Origin: a bacterium
GTDB taxonomy: Bacteria; Patescibacteriota; Minisyncoccia; UBA6257; UBA9933
Direction of reading: 5' to 3'
Assembly: GCA_030693235.1 (NCBI GenBank)
Contig: JAUYBE010000006.1
Span: 139,601 to 203,600, forward strand
Length of the DNA: 64,000 bases
The position numbers and the translations under genes were made by a program. Shown here in pieces: positions 45,775-55,668 of the stretch. The stretch's first letter is position 1, and each line of letters starts with the position of its first letter. A model generated the notes under the pieces. That model made no database searches. It saw only the letters and a list, made by a program, of their open reading frames with translations, and had not been told where the DNA came from.

Positions 45775-47243
45775 CAGAACACCTTAATGAGAAAAAAACA
45801 ACCGGAAACGTTATTTTGCGATTTGATAATGTTTCTTTTAATCACGGCATTAAACCGATTTTTAATGAGGTCAGTTTTGGCGTTCGCGAAGGAGCGAAAA
45901 TAACAGTGATGGGCCAAAACGGCGCCGGCAAAAGCACTTTATTCGGCCTTATAATGTCCGTTCATAATCCGGAAGAGGGCAATATCCATATTCAAAAAGG
46001 ATTGACTATCAGCCAAGCAACGCAGGTGATGCCTCGCGAAAAACTTGATTTTTCAGTCCGAGAATTTTTTCAAAGCGCCTTTGCTGAAAAGGTATACAAT
46101 ATTGATCCGCGAATAAAAGAAGTCTTGGAAGTTGTTCGTCTGGTTGCTCCATTTGAGAAAAAAATCAGCGATTTTTCCGGAGGACAACAAGCTCGCTTGT
46201 TATTGGCGTACGCGCTTATTCAAAAGCCGGATATTTTATTGCTTGACGAGCCGACCAATAATTTAGACAAGCAGGGGATAGAGTATTTAACGAAATTTTT
46301 GATTGAATACGCGAAAACTTGTTTGGTTATTTCGCACGACGCTAAATTTTTAAATTCTTTCACGCACGGCGTTTTATATATTGATTCCCGTACGCGTAAA
46401 ATAGAATACTATGTCGGCGATTATTTTGATGTGGTTGCCGAGATAACGGCCAGAATAGAGCGCGATCGCATGAAAAATGTCCGCTTGGAGCGGGATATTT
46501 CCAATCGCAAAGAGCAAGCTAATTTTTTCGCCCAAAAAGGAGGACATATGCGCGATGTCGCCAAAAAAATGAATAAAAAAATAAAAGAGTTGGAAGGGCA
46601 GTTGGTTGAAACTCGCAAGGATGACAAGACGATTCGCGATTTTATTATTCCGGCGACAATTTTTTCCGAACCGGTGGCAACCATTAATTCAGTTTCAATA
46701 ATACATAATCATAAGCCGACGGCTAAAAAAGTCGGCGTTGTTTTAAAAAAAAGAGAGCGGCTATTGATAAGCGGCCCGAATGGCATTGGCAAAACTTTCT
46801 TTTTGGAGAGTATGGTGAACGGCTCGGCAAAAGGCGTTTCTCTGCTCAAGGAAGCGGTTATCGGTTATTATCGACAGGATTTTTCCGGCCTTGATATGAA
46901 TGCTTCGGTGTACGAAACGCTGTCCGACGTTATGAAAACCGGCTCTGACGAACAGCTTCGTTCAGTGGCGGCGCAGTTTTTATTAACAAGCGAGATTCTG
47001 AATAATAAAGTTAAATCGCTTTCCGAGGGGCAAAAGGGTCTGCTTTGTTTCGCGCAATTCGCGCTTCAACATCCGGCGCTTTTAATACTTGACGAACCGA
47101 CCAATCATATCAATTTTCGCCACTTGCCGGTTATAGCGCGGGCGCTTAATAAATACGAAGGCGCCATGATTCTCATTTCCCATATGAGCGAATTTATTGA
47201 TGAAGTGAAAGTCACGCAAACTCTTGATCTCGGGGCGCTGTGA
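45771..47243 (+). CDS. ABC-F family ATPase (two tandem ABC domains, no TMD)
   Basis: Two Walker A sites (GQNGAGKST, GPNGIGKT) and two signature motifs. Alternative start at 45747. Confidence 0.8.
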   Translation: MTEHLNEKKTTGNVILRFDNVSFNHGIKPIFNEVSFGVREGAKITVMGQNGAGKSTLFGLIMSVHNPEEGNIHIQKGLTISQATQVMPREKLDFSVREFFQSAFAEKVYNIDPRIKEVLEVVRLVAPFEKKISDFSGGQQARLLLAYALIQKPDILLLDEPTNNLDKQGIEYLTKFLIEYAKTCLVISHDAKFLNSFTHGVLYIDSRTRKIEYYVGDYFDVVAEITARIERDRMKNVRLERDISNRKEQANFFAQKGGHMRDVAKKMNKKIKELEGQLVETRKDDKTIRDFIIPATIFSEPVATINSVSIIHNHKPTAKKVGVVLKKRERLLISGPNGIGKTFFLESMVNGSAKGVSLLKEAVIGYYRQDFSGLDMNASVYETLSDVMKTGSDEQLRSVAAQFLLTSEILNNKVKSLSEGQKGLLCFAQFALQHPALLILDEPTNHINFRHLPVIARALNKYEGAMILISHMSEFIDEVKVTQTLDLGAL

Positions 47244-47245
47244 TT

Positions 47246-48208
47246 TTATTTTTCCGATTTTATTTTATTTAAAATCTTTTTTACTTTTTCCAAACTATTT
47301 TCGTCAAGGATAGAAATGGGAAAGGTGCTCTTGTTTATTTTTTTCAGCTCTTTTAATTTTTCCGCGAGCGATTTTTCGTTAATCATATCGCTCTTGCTTA
47401 GAAACACATATTCCGGTTTTTTTATAAGTTCTTTGCTATGCGTTTCAAGTTCTTTTTTTATTATCGCGTAATCTTTCGCCGGATTTTCCGATTCCGCGGA
47501 AATTAAATGAAAAAGAATTTTCGTGCGTTCAATATGGCGGAGGAATTTTATGCCCAAGCCCTTGCCAACGGACGCGCCTTCAATGAGCCCGGGAACATCC
47601 GCGATAATAAGTTCGTAATACGCTCCCAAATTCGGTTCTAAAGTCGTGAAAGGATAGTTCGCGACTTTGCTTTTCGCTTTCGTAAGTTCGTTTAACAAGC
47701 TGGATTTTCCGGCATTCGGCAAACCGATAAGTCCGACATCTGCGATAAGTTTGAGTTCTAATCTGACGGTAGAATATTCGCCCGACAGGCCTTCTTGAAA
47801 TTGCTTTGGACTGGTGTTGGTCGAAGAGCGAAAATGAAAATTTCCTTTTCCGCCGAAACCGCCTTTTACGACAAGAATTCTCTCGCCGATTTTTAACACT
47901 TCCGCAGTCTCATTCATTTCTATTTTATGAATTACCGTTCCGACCGGAACTTTTAAAACAACGTCGCTTCCATCGGAACCGTCGTTAAATTGCGCCCTTC
48001 CGTCCGCGCCGTCTTTCGCTTTAATATCTTTTTTATTCCTGAATTGGCCGAGAGCGTTTAAATCCGGAACGCCCTCAAAAAAAACACTGCCGCCTTTGCC
48101 GCCGCTTCCGCCTGTCGGACCCAGGCTCATCATATTTTTATTAAAAGCCACTGCGCCTCTCCCGCCATTGCCAGCGCTGACTTTGATTGTTACGTCGTCG
48201 ATTAGCAT
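47246..48208 (-). CDS. obg: GTPase Obg
   Basis: MLIDDVTIKVSAGNGGRGAVAFNK Obg fold, then the G domain GLIGLPNAGKSSL. Confidence 0.85.
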   Translation of the reverse strand: MLIDDVTIKVSAGNGGRGAVAFNKNMMSLGPTGGSGGKGGSVFFEGVPDLNALGQFRNKKDIKAKDGADGRAQFNDGSDGSDVVLKVPVGTVIHKIEMNETAEVLKIGERILVVKGGFGGKGNFHFRSSTNTSPKQFQEGLSGEYSTVRLELKLIADVGLIGLPNAGKSSLLNELTKAKSKVANYPFTTLEPNLGAYYELIIADVPGLIEGASVGKGLGIKFLRHIERTKILFHLISAESENPAKDYAIIKKELETHSKELIKKPEYVFLSKSDMINEKSLAEKLKELKKINKSTFPISILDENSLEKVKKILNKIKSEK

Positions 48209-48260
48209 ATAAAAATTTACTTAGACATTATAAATTTTTTTGAGGATTTAGAATAGGGGG

Positions 48261-48896
48261 CTAAGCGAATAACTCATCCAATGAATGAATTATTGCGGTG
48301 GCGTATTCTTTTAAATCGAATTTGTGTTCTTTTCTATTAAGATAAATAAAATCAACTCCTGTGTTTTTGGCATAATAAGCGTCTTCACTGCTGTTTCCCA
48401 CGTATACGGTTTCCTCCGGTTTTAAACAAAGTTGCTCGAGCGTGTGATGAAAACTTGACGGATCGGGCTTTTCGCTAAATTCGCTGTCCGCGATGGAAAA
48501 ATAAAAATCATGCGGAGCGCCGTTTAATTTTTTTATTTCTATTTGCGCTATTTTACGGGGAGCTCCCGTGATAATAGAGATTGTTTTACCCAAATCTTTT
48601 AATTTTCTGAATGTCGGTTCCGCGTCTTCATACGCTTGCGTATGAGCTGAACGCTGTTCCGGCGTATCTATAATATGAAAAAGTTCCCAAAATTTATCGG
48701 GGTTTAAATTAAAATGATTTTTTATGATTTCGCTTCTTCCTGATTCAAACCAAAATCTATCAATAACAAATTCATCCGCTATATTCCCGCCAAGCTGTTT
48801 TATTACCACAGGCACGACTCTGTGCCTGTATTCAGGCATTGTATGTATTAACGTGCCGTCTAAATCAAAAGAAATGTGTTTATATTTATTAATCAT
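48261..48896 (-). CDS. HAD superfamily hydrolase
   Basis: ISFDLDGTLI motif I. GNSSED. Confidence 0.6.
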   Translation of the reverse strand: MINKYKHISFDLDGTLIHTMPEYRHRVVPVVIKQLGGNIADEFVIDRFWFESGRSEIIKNHFNLNPDKFWELFHIIDTPEQRSAHTQAYEDAEPTFRKLKDLGKTISIITGAPRKIAQIEIKKLNGAPHDFYFSIADSEFSEKPDPSSFHHTLEQLCLKPEETVYVGNSSEDAYYAKNTGVDFIYLNRKEHKFDLKEYATAIIHSLDELFA

Positions 48897-48927
48897 AATA
48901 ACCGATCTTGAATAAATTTACGAATTT

Positions 48928-49599
48928 TCATTTTTTGATCACTAAAGATAAAGTTTTATCAAAATCTCTATTTTTTTTCCAAGATTTTTCAATTAATCGT
49001 CTTAATTTATTATGCGGAGCGCGGCCATAATCCGGGAAAAATAAAAATTTATCAAATTCTAAATTGAGTAAAACCGTGAATGCTTCTTTTATGTCCCAAA
49101 TTTTATTTTCTGAAAGTCCGCTATTTTCACATTTTTCCCAATAATATTTATGGAACATAAAATGCATTAGCTCGTGCATGGCTGTGTCAATTGCTATGTA
49201 TTTATTGCTAAACATTTTGACCGCAAACCATTCTTCTTTTATTTTATAACCAAACTTATCGGCAGAAGATAATACTCCTTTAACTGATTTATGGGGAAAT
49301 CGGTGTTTATGTACTTGTTCCAGTTTTTTAATAAAATCCTTTTCAATTTTTAACCACTCTTTGTTTATATCTTGAGCAAGAGATTTTAATTGCCTTTCTT
49401 TTTTATAAAGATATTCAATATTTTTTCTTATAACATTTTTTCTCTTTATTAGGGGTAATTTTAATAAATTTTCATTTGCTGGGATTATTTGTTGCGGAAA
49501 CCCCCGATCTATATTTCTTTTATATGCATTTAAAGCAATTAGATGATTTTCAATGTCTAAATTTTTATCAATAACAAATTTAATTATTTGTTTTTTCAT
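48928..49599 (-). CDS. hypothetical protein with an HExxH motif (MHELMHF)
   Basis: AT-rich 223-aa ORF with a candidate zincin-like motif. Confidence 0.3.
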   Translation of the reverse strand: MKKQIIKFVIDKNLDIENHLIALNAYKRNIDRGFPQQIIPANENLLKLPLIKRKNVIRKNIEYLYKKERQLKSLAQDINKEWLKIEKDFIKKLEQVHKHRFPHKSVKGVLSSADKFGYKIKEEWFAVKMFSNKYIAIDTAMHELMHFMFHKYYWEKCENSGLSENKIWDIKEAFTVLLNLEFDKFLFFPDYGRAPHNKLRRLIEKSWKKNRDFDKTLSLVIKK

Positions 49600-49607
49600 A
49601 AAGTTGG

Positions 49608-49678
49608 CTGCGGGGCTAGGAATCGGACCTAGATTTAGAGATTCAAAGTCTCTCGTGCTACCATTACACTACCCCGCA
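49608..49678 (-). tRNA. tRNA-Gln (anticodon UUG)
   Basis: The reverse complement is TGCGGGGTAGTGTAATGGTAGCACGAGAGACTTTGAATCTCTAAATCTAGGTCCGATTCCTAGCCCCGCAG. Anticodon loop is CTTTGAA. Confidence 0.7.
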
Positions 49679-50353
49679 ATTTCCCAAAATACCTTCTATC
49701 CAACCGCTAATTTTTCTGTTTAAATTAGTACTTTTGTTCACTAATATCCTTACTAATCCATAATAATTCTCATTCGTATTTTTTCTTTTCGTATTAACTT
49801 TGTTTCTTTTAAAATATACATATTTAAATTTATTTTGTGAAGCTTTAGTGATTTTTGACCAGTACTGGATGGAATCAACTACTTTATTTTTAGAATTTTC
49901 GTGTATGTAAATTTCATACTTTATATCATTTTCCGGTATTTTTAATATTTTACGCAACCATTCCATAAAAACTTTTATCATCATTGGATCGGAATTGCTA
50001 AAAGTTACTCCTTGACTAATATTATGCGGTTTTGATTTACTGCCTTCAGCCCAATATAAAGAAACTCCTATTAGCCATAATTCTCTATTTGAAATGTTTT
50101 TTATTTCCGAAATAGCTTTATTTTTAATGAGCCGGACTATTTCAATCCTTTTATTTCTTTTGGCGATAGCCCCGCGTTGCATACTAGCCAATTTCTTTTC
50201 TGTCAATCTTTGTTTTTGTTTTTTAGACAAACCAACCGATCTTAGCCATAAAGAAAGCGTTGATTTAGCAACCGGAATTTGTTTTAAAATTTCAGAATAA
50301 GAAAAACCCAACTTTCTTAAATTTATTGCCTTTTCTTTTGCTGTGGCTTTCAT
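49664..50353 (-). CDS. HTH plus LAGLIDADG-like protein (candidate homing-endonuclease-like); its 3' end overlaps the tRNA-Gln 5' end
   Basis: N-terminal HTH-like FSYSEILKQIPVAKSTLSLWLR. LIGVSLYWAEGSK resembles LAGLIDADG. The last codons (CGVV*) are encoded by tRNA acceptor/D-arm sequence. Confidence 0.3.
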   Translation of the reverse strand: MKATAKEKAINLRKLGFSYSEILKQIPVAKSTLSLWLRSVGLSKKQKQRLTEKKLASMQRGAIAKRNKRIEIVRLIKNKAISEIKNISNRELWLIGVSLYWAEGSKSKPHNISQGVTFSNSDPMMIKVFMEWLRKILKIPENDIKYEIYIHENSKNKVVDSIQYWSKITKASQNKFKYVYFKRNKVNTKRKNTNENYYGLVRILVNKSTNLNRKISGWIEGILGNCGVV

Positions 50354-50408
50354 ATGAACAACGATGATATATGTAAATTATATTATATCGTTGTTCGAAA
50401 ATCAATCA

Positions 50409-51515
50409 TTATTTCAAATTTTCTATAATTGCCACTTCCAGCGGCACGATTGCGAACGGACTATAACGCATTTCAGTGTAAGCTTCAATCAGCGATTTAA
50501 TCAATCTAACGGTTTTTTCCGCGTCAATCGCTTGGCTGTGTTTTTTAATGGTTTTCATTTCTTGGTCGGTCAGTTCGCGGGAAAAATGATTTTCCAGTTC
50601 CGGAGAAAATTTTAAAGCCAAAACTCGGCGGAAATAATGGATTAAATCTTTATTGAGCTGGGTAAGATTATAACCGCCTTCGTTAATCTTGGAAAGATAT
50701 TCCAATCCGGCCGCCAAATCGCGATTTATCAGCAATTCCGCCAGTTTGGATGTTTTTGAAAAAGAAACGGAGCCGATAATTTCTTCAACATCGTTAATGT
50801 CTATTTGTTTTCCGGATTTTAGCGAAGCAATCTGATCTAAAAGCGATTCGGCGTCGCGCATGCTTCCGCCGCCCGCTTCGGCGATTAATTCAACGGCTTC
50901 ATCGCTGATTTTAATGCTTTCCGTTTCGGAGATGCTTTTCAGTTTTTCGGCTATTGTCTTAAGCGCCAGTCTTTTGAAATGAAATCTTTGAGTTCGGGAA
51001 ATAATCGTCGCCGGCATTTTTTCGGCTTCGGTGGTTACCAAAATTAAAATCGCGTGAGCCGGCGGTTCTTCTAAAGTTTTCAAAAGAGCGTTAAAAGCGT
51101 CTTTGGTCAATTGGTGGGCTTCGTCAATAATATAAACTTTATAATGATACGCGGCAGGGGAGACGCGAATGCTTTCTTTGATGTCGCGGATTTCATCAAT
51201 GCCTCGATTGGAAGCGGCGTCAATTTCAATAACGTCCATTGCAGAACCCTTGTCAATTTCCAAACAAGCTTGGCATTCATTGCACGGTTCGCCGAGTTTT
51301 TTAAAAGCCGCGTCGCTAAATCGCTTTTGGCAATTGGCGATTTTGGCGATAATTCTGGCGGTGGTGGTTTTACCCGAACCTTTCGGTCCGTAAAACAAAT
51401 AAGCGTGAGCCAAACGGTCAAGCCGTCCCGCGTTTTTTAAAAGTTCCGAGACTGCTTCTTGTCCCAGAAGATCGGATAAGATTTTGGGCCGATATTTGCG
51501 ATAAATAGCCAGCAT
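50409..51515 (-). CDS. dnaX: DNA polymerase III subunit gamma/tau (short form)
   Basis: FYGPKGSGKTTTARIIAK..C..C zinc module and SRC/clamp-loader motifs. Confidence 0.85.
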   Translation of the reverse strand: MLAIYRKYRPKILSDLLGQEAVSELLKNAGRLDRLAHAYLFYGPKGSGKTTTARIIAKIANCQKRFSDAAFKKLGEPCNECQACLEIDKGSAMDVIEIDAASNRGIDEIRDIKESIRVSPAAYHYKVYIIDEAHQLTKDAFNALLKTLEEPPAHAILILVTTEAEKMPATIISRTQRFHFKRLALKTIAEKLKSISETESIKISDEAVELIAEAGGGSMRDAESLLDQIASLKSGKQIDINDVEEIIGSVSFSKTSKLAELLINRDLAAGLEYLSKINEGGYNLTQLNKDLIHYFRRVLALKFSPELENHFSRELTDQEMKTIKKHSQAIDAEKTVRLIKSLIEAYTEMRYSPFAIVPLEVAIIENLK

Positions 51516-51519
51516 TTGT

Positions 51520-51590
51520 TTAGGTGTTAGGTGTTTAGGTGTTAGGTGTTAGTTAATTTCTAAAACCTAAAAGCTAAAACCTAAAAGCTT
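51520..51590. repeat. family A themed palindrome in reverse orientation, abutting the dnaX start on the minus strand
   Basis: gtttaggtgttaggtgtttaggtgttaggtgttag...ctaaaacctaaaagctaaaacctaaaagc. Orientation relative to the downstream gene is as for the other copies. Confidence 0.8.
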
Positions 51591-51656
51591 AAATTACATT
51601 TTACATTAAAACATCCACCCTTGACAAGTTTTGGCAGTCTGCTATCCTCTTAATAT

Positions 51657-52124
51657 ATGAGTAGATACGCAGTCTTGGTACTGCCTTTTTTTATAGTAAG
51701 CGTTATATCAATCGAACCGCTTATTACCAATAGTTCCGGAGGCTCCATAGCAGAAAATTTCAGCCAAGAACCCACTGCCGAGTTTTTAGCCCAGAATTAT
51801 CCGGTTTTGAAAGATACTCAAAACGAAGCTAAAAAAACCGAAATTGTCAAAACATTAATCACGGCTTATTCAAGTACGGTTGATCAAACAGACGATACTC
51901 CTTTTATTACCGCTTCCGGCAGTTATGTCAGACCGGGAATCGTGGCGGCTAATTTTTTGCCTTTCGGCGCCACAATCCGGATACCGGGAATTTTCGGCAA
52001 TCAAATTTTTGTCGTCGAAGACCGGCTCCATAAAAAAAACAACGACCGAATAGACATTTGGATGCCGACAGAAAAAGAAGCTTTGGAATTCGGCGTTAAA
52101 ATCAGCGAAATAGAAATTCTCTAA
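51657..52124 (+). CDS. 3D-domain protein (MltA/YuiC-like, cell-wall-associated)
   Basis: N-terminal signal/TM; AYSSTVDQTDDTPFITASG...RIDIWM 3D-domain pattern. Confidence 0.6.
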   Translation: MSRYAVLVLPFFIVSVISIEPLITNSSGGSIAENFSQEPTAEFLAQNYPVLKDTQNEAKKTEIVKTLITAYSSTVDQTDDTPFITASGSYVRPGIVAANFLPFGATIRIPGIFGNQIFVVEDRLHKKNNDRIDIWMPTEKEALEFGVKISEIEIL

Positions 52125-52127
52125 ACA

Positions 52128-52853
52128 TTGTACCAATTACAACTTGAAAAATTTTCCGGACCGATTGAAAAACTTCTGGAACTGATCGAGAGGAAAAAAT
52201 TGGAAATCACCGAATTAAATTTAGCCGACGCAACGGCTGATTTTTTAAATTACGTTAAAAGGATTGAAAATATAGAACCGCGTCTTTTGGCGGATTTCGT
52301 GGTAATAGCCGCCAAACTTTTACTTATCAAATCAAAAGCGCTTCTGCCGAATCTTCAATTAACCGAAGAGGAAGAAAAAGACATAAAAGATTTGGAAAAC
52401 CGCCTCAAAATTTACCGGCAATTCAAGCCGGCGATTGACCATCTTAAAGAATTGTCGGAACGGAACGGAGTCTCGATTTCCCAGCCGCTCTTCAGCCGCC
52501 GACCGATAATTTTTTATCCGTCGGAAAATATTAAAATCGGCGAATTGCATAAAGCCATCAAAGGAATTTTTGACAACTTTAAACAATTTCAAAACGAGAC
52601 CAAAATAATCAAATCTTCGCTTATTACTTTGGAGGAAAAAATCGAGGAGATTATAAATCGGCTGAACGCGGACTCACGCAGACTTGACGCGGACTCGCGC
52701 GGAAAAATTGGTTTTGATGAATTAATAAGGGGAAAACCGCGTTCGGAAATTATTGTTTTGTTTTTAGCCTTACTTCATCTATTGGCAAAGCAATCGATAA
52801 GGGTTGAGCAAAAAGAAAAATTTTCTGATATAATTATTACTAAACAACCATGA
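52128..52853 (+). CDS. scpA: segregation and condensation protein A
   Basis: Kleisin-like ScpA pattern. Directly upstream of scpB. Confidence 0.7.
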   Translation: MYQLQLEKFSGPIEKLLELIERKKLEITELNLADATADFLNYVKRIENIEPRLLADFVVIAAKLLLIKSKALLPNLQLTEEEEKDIKDLENRLKIYRQFKPAIDHLKELSERNGVSISQPLFSRRPIIFYPSENIKIGELHKAIKGIFDNFKQFQNETKIIKSSLITLEEKIEEIINRLNADSRRLDADSRGKIGFDELIRGKPRSEIIVLFLALLHLLAKQSIRVEQKEKFSDIIITKQP

Positions 52854-53377
52854 CTATGACCAATGACAAAATTACGGCCGCTATTGAAGCGATTCTTTTC
52901 GTCTACGGCGAGCCGATGGAAATAAAACGAATAGCCGATATTTTGAAAGTTGAAGAAAACACCGTAGATGAAGCATTGAAAGAGCTTGAGAGCGGATATT
53001 TGGCGGAAAACAGGGGATTAAAGCTGATTTTTAACAGTCGGCAGGTCCAATTGGCGACCAAGCCCGATTTCGCCGATTTTCTAGAAAATTTTATCAAAGA
53101 AGAATTTAAGGAGAATTTAACTCCCGCTTCTTTGGAAACGCTTTCGCTTATCGCTTATTTGGGACCGCTTTCCCGCGTTCAAATAGAGTATCATCGCGGA
53201 GTTAATTCCAGTTTTATTTTAAGAAATTTATTAATCCGCGGTTTGATTGAGCGTTTTCCTAATCCTCAAAAAGGCAATGTTTATCTTTACCAACCGAGCT
53301 TTGATTTGTTAAAATATTTGGGAATATCAAAAATCGAAAAACTGCCGGAGTATGAGAAGTTTAAGACTATAATATAA
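52850..53377 (+). CDS. scpB: segregation and condensation protein B
   Basis: AAIEAILFVYGEPMEIKRIADIL winged-helix pattern. Confidence 0.75.
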   Translation: MTMTNDKITAAIEAILFVYGEPMEIKRIADILKVEENTVDEALKELESGYLAENRGLKLIFNSRQVQLATKPDFADFLENFIKEEFKENLTPASLETLSLIAYLGPLSRVQIEYHRGVNSSFILRNLLIRGLIERFPNPQKGNVYLYQPSFDLLKYLGISKIEKLPEYEKFKTII

Positions 53378-53447
53378 GTTTTTAGGTTTTAGTTTTTAGG
53401 TTTTAGTGAATTATCTAACACCTAACACCTAATACCTAACACCTAAA
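53378..53447. repeat. family A themed palindrome abutting the ATG at 53451
   Basis: Same motif and orientation. Ends 3 nt before the ATG. Confidence 0.8.
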
Positions 53448-53450
53448 TAA

Positions 53451-54617
53451 ATGCGCTTCCAAGCCTTAATTCTTTCATTAATTATTTTGATTTCGTTTTT
53501 AATAACCGGCGTTAATGGTTCGGCTTCGCTCACCATTTTAGCCGAAGAAAATCCGGCGCCTGAACCAATAGACACTTCGCCGTCTCTTTTCGCAAAAGAT
53601 TTTTATTCCGCTTTTAAAGAAAAAACAATTATTCTTGGAGAAAAAACTGCTCTGGCGAACCGTGATTTAGCGGAAAAAATAAATCAAAACATGGATTTTT
53701 TAAATCAAGCCGCGTCCGTCAATTTCGATAATTTTATTTTGAAATTAAATTCTCAGCCAGAGGCTGATCCGCCTCGGGCGGAAAAAAATAATTCCAAAGA
53801 CTACGCTTTAATCTCAGAAACGGGGATTGATTTGTCACCGTTAATTTGCGATTCGGAAATTCCTCAACTCGCGGTTAAAGCGGCTTTGGTAAAATATTTG
53901 AGTCCCTCGATGGATTCGGAACAGGTTATTTTTGAACTCAATCCCGGGAGCCGTTGGCCGATCGCTTCTTTGACAAAATTAATGACAAGCGTTATCGCCG
54001 CCGAGAAAATTGATTCGGACATTGATTCGGACAAGGAAATAACGATGAGCGCGAAAGCGGTTGCCACCGAAGGCGCAGCCGGAGGTTTTGGGGTTGGAGA
54101 AATTTATAAAACAGGCGATTTGATCAAGGCGATGCTTGTTTCTTCGAGCAATGACGCGGCGGCAGGCGTTATTGAAAATTTCGGCGAAAAAGAATTTATT
54201 GACGAGATGCAAAAAAAGGCGGCCGAGCTTAAAATGTTTCAAACCAGCTATCTGGAACCGACCGGTTTGTCTTTTATCAATCAATCAACAGCCAATGATT
54301 TGGCCAAATTAGTGAATTATGTGCGCCAAAATCATCCGGAATTGCTTGAAATTTCCCGCCAAAAAGAAGTGGAAATTTTTGAACTAAAATCAAAGAAAGC
54401 GAGAAAATTATTATCGGTGAATAGATTCGCCGGACAAACGGATTTTATCGGCGGGAAAACCGGCTATATTGAAGAATCAGGCCGCAATTTAGTCGCCCTT
54501 TTTGACATTAACGGCAAAATAATTTTAAGCATTGTGCTGGGCGCCGACGATTCTTTTAAAGAAACGGAGAAAATAAAAAGTTTTATTCAAAAATGTATCT
54601 CACCCACGCTTTTCTAA
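53451..54617 (+). CDS. D-alanyl-D-alanine carboxypeptidase (PBP5/DacA-like serine peptidase)
   Basis: Signal peptide. ASLTKLMT (SxxK), SSSND (SxN), GGKTGY (KTG). Confidence 0.7.
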   Translation: MRFQALILSLIILISFLITGVNGSASLTILAEENPAPEPIDTSPSLFAKDFYSAFKEKTIILGEKTALANRDLAEKINQNMDFLNQAASVNFDNFILKLNSQPEADPPRAEKNNSKDYALISETGIDLSPLICDSEIPQLAVKAALVKYLSPSMDSEQVIFELNPGSRWPIASLTKLMTSVIAAEKIDSDIDSDKEITMSAKAVATEGAAGGFGVGEIYKTGDLIKAMLVSSSNDAAAGVIENFGEKEFIDEMQKKAAELKMFQTSYLEPTGLSFINQSTANDLAKLVNYVRQNHPELLEISRQKEVEIFELKSKKARKLLSVNRFAGQTDFIGGKTGYIEESGRNLVALFDINGKIILSIVLGADDSFKETEKIKSFIQKCISPTLF

Positions 54618-55666
54618 TCGTAAAAATTTTAAGCTATTTTATTTTATCTTTCGCCGTTACTTTGGCTTTGGCGCCGATTTTGATTCGTTTTTTATACAAA
54701 TATCAATGCTGGAAAAAAAAACCCAGAGAACAAACTTTCGGCGGTGAAAAAACTCCGATTTTCACCAAACTTCATAGCGTTAAGGAAATAACGGTTCCGC
54801 GGATGGGCGGCATTTTAATTTGGGGAACGGTTTTGATTATCAGCGTCGGCGTTTTTATAGCTTCTCAAATTTTACCCGAAGACTCGGCTTTTAAAATAAA
54901 TTTTCTTTCCCGCTCGCAAACCTGGTTGCCTTTGTTCGTTTTGATTTCAGCTTCGCTCTTGGGATTGGTTGACGACATTCTGGTTATTAAAAACAAAGGT
55001 AAATACATCGGCGGCGGCATTAGATTTAAAGTCAGACTGGCGCTTATTTCTTTAATCGCTCTGGCCGGCGCCTGGTGGTTTTATTACAAACTTGAATGGT
55101 CAAGCATTTATATCCCTTTTTACGGCAATCTGGAAATCAATGGTTTGTATATTTTACTTTTCATATTAGTTGTTTTGGCCACTTTTTCCGGCGGGATTGT
55201 TGACGGCTTAGATGGTTTGGCAGCCGGCAGTCTTTTGCCGATTTTTTCCGCGTTCGGAGTAATTGCCTATACCAAAGGAATGTACGATTTGACAGTTTTA
55301 ATTACGATAATTTTAGGCGCTTTAGCGACCTATTTGTGGTTCAATATCCATCCGGCGAAATTTTATATGGGCGAGACCGGTATTATGGGATTAACCGTAA
55401 CTCTGGCGGTAATCGCTTTGCTCACCAACAGCGTTTTATTTCTGCCAATCATCGCTTTTGTTTTGGTCGTTGAATCCGGTTCGGTGATTTTACAATTGCT
55501 TTCCAAAAAAATCAGAGGCAAAAAAATATTTTTATCCGCGCCCATTCATCATCATTTTGAAGCGCTTGGTTGGCCGGAAACGCAAATAGTGATGAGATTC
55601 TGGATTGTTTCGGCGGTAATGAGCGGTTTGGGACTCGTATTGTTCTTTTTGAGCAAATTCCTTTAA
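54593..55666 (+). CDS. mraY: phospho-N-acetylmuramoyl-pentapeptide transferase
   Basis: 10-TM MraY with a DDxxD-like GLVDDILVI motif and HHHFE. Confidence 0.85.
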   Translation: MYLTHAFLIVKILSYFILSFAVTLALAPILIRFLYKYQCWKKKPREQTFGGEKTPIFTKLHSVKEITVPRMGGILIWGTVLIISVGVFIASQILPEDSAFKINFLSRSQTWLPLFVLISASLLGLVDDILVIKNKGKYIGGGIRFKVRLALISLIALAGAWWFYYKLEWSSIYIPFYGNLEINGLYILLFILVVLATFSGGIVDGLDGLAAGSLLPIFSAFGVIAYTKGMYDLTVLITIILGALATYLWFNIHPAKFYMGETGIMGLTVTLAVIALLTNSVLFLPIIAFVLVVESGSVILQLLSKKIRGKKIFLSAPIHHHFEALGWPETQIVMRFWIVSAVMSGLGLVLFFLSKFL

Positions 55667-55668
55667 TA

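Noticed and set aside
45735-45917. Minus-strand 60-aa ORF across the ABC-F start
   Set aside because: It is antisense to the well-supported ABC-F N-terminus and promoter, with no supporting signal.
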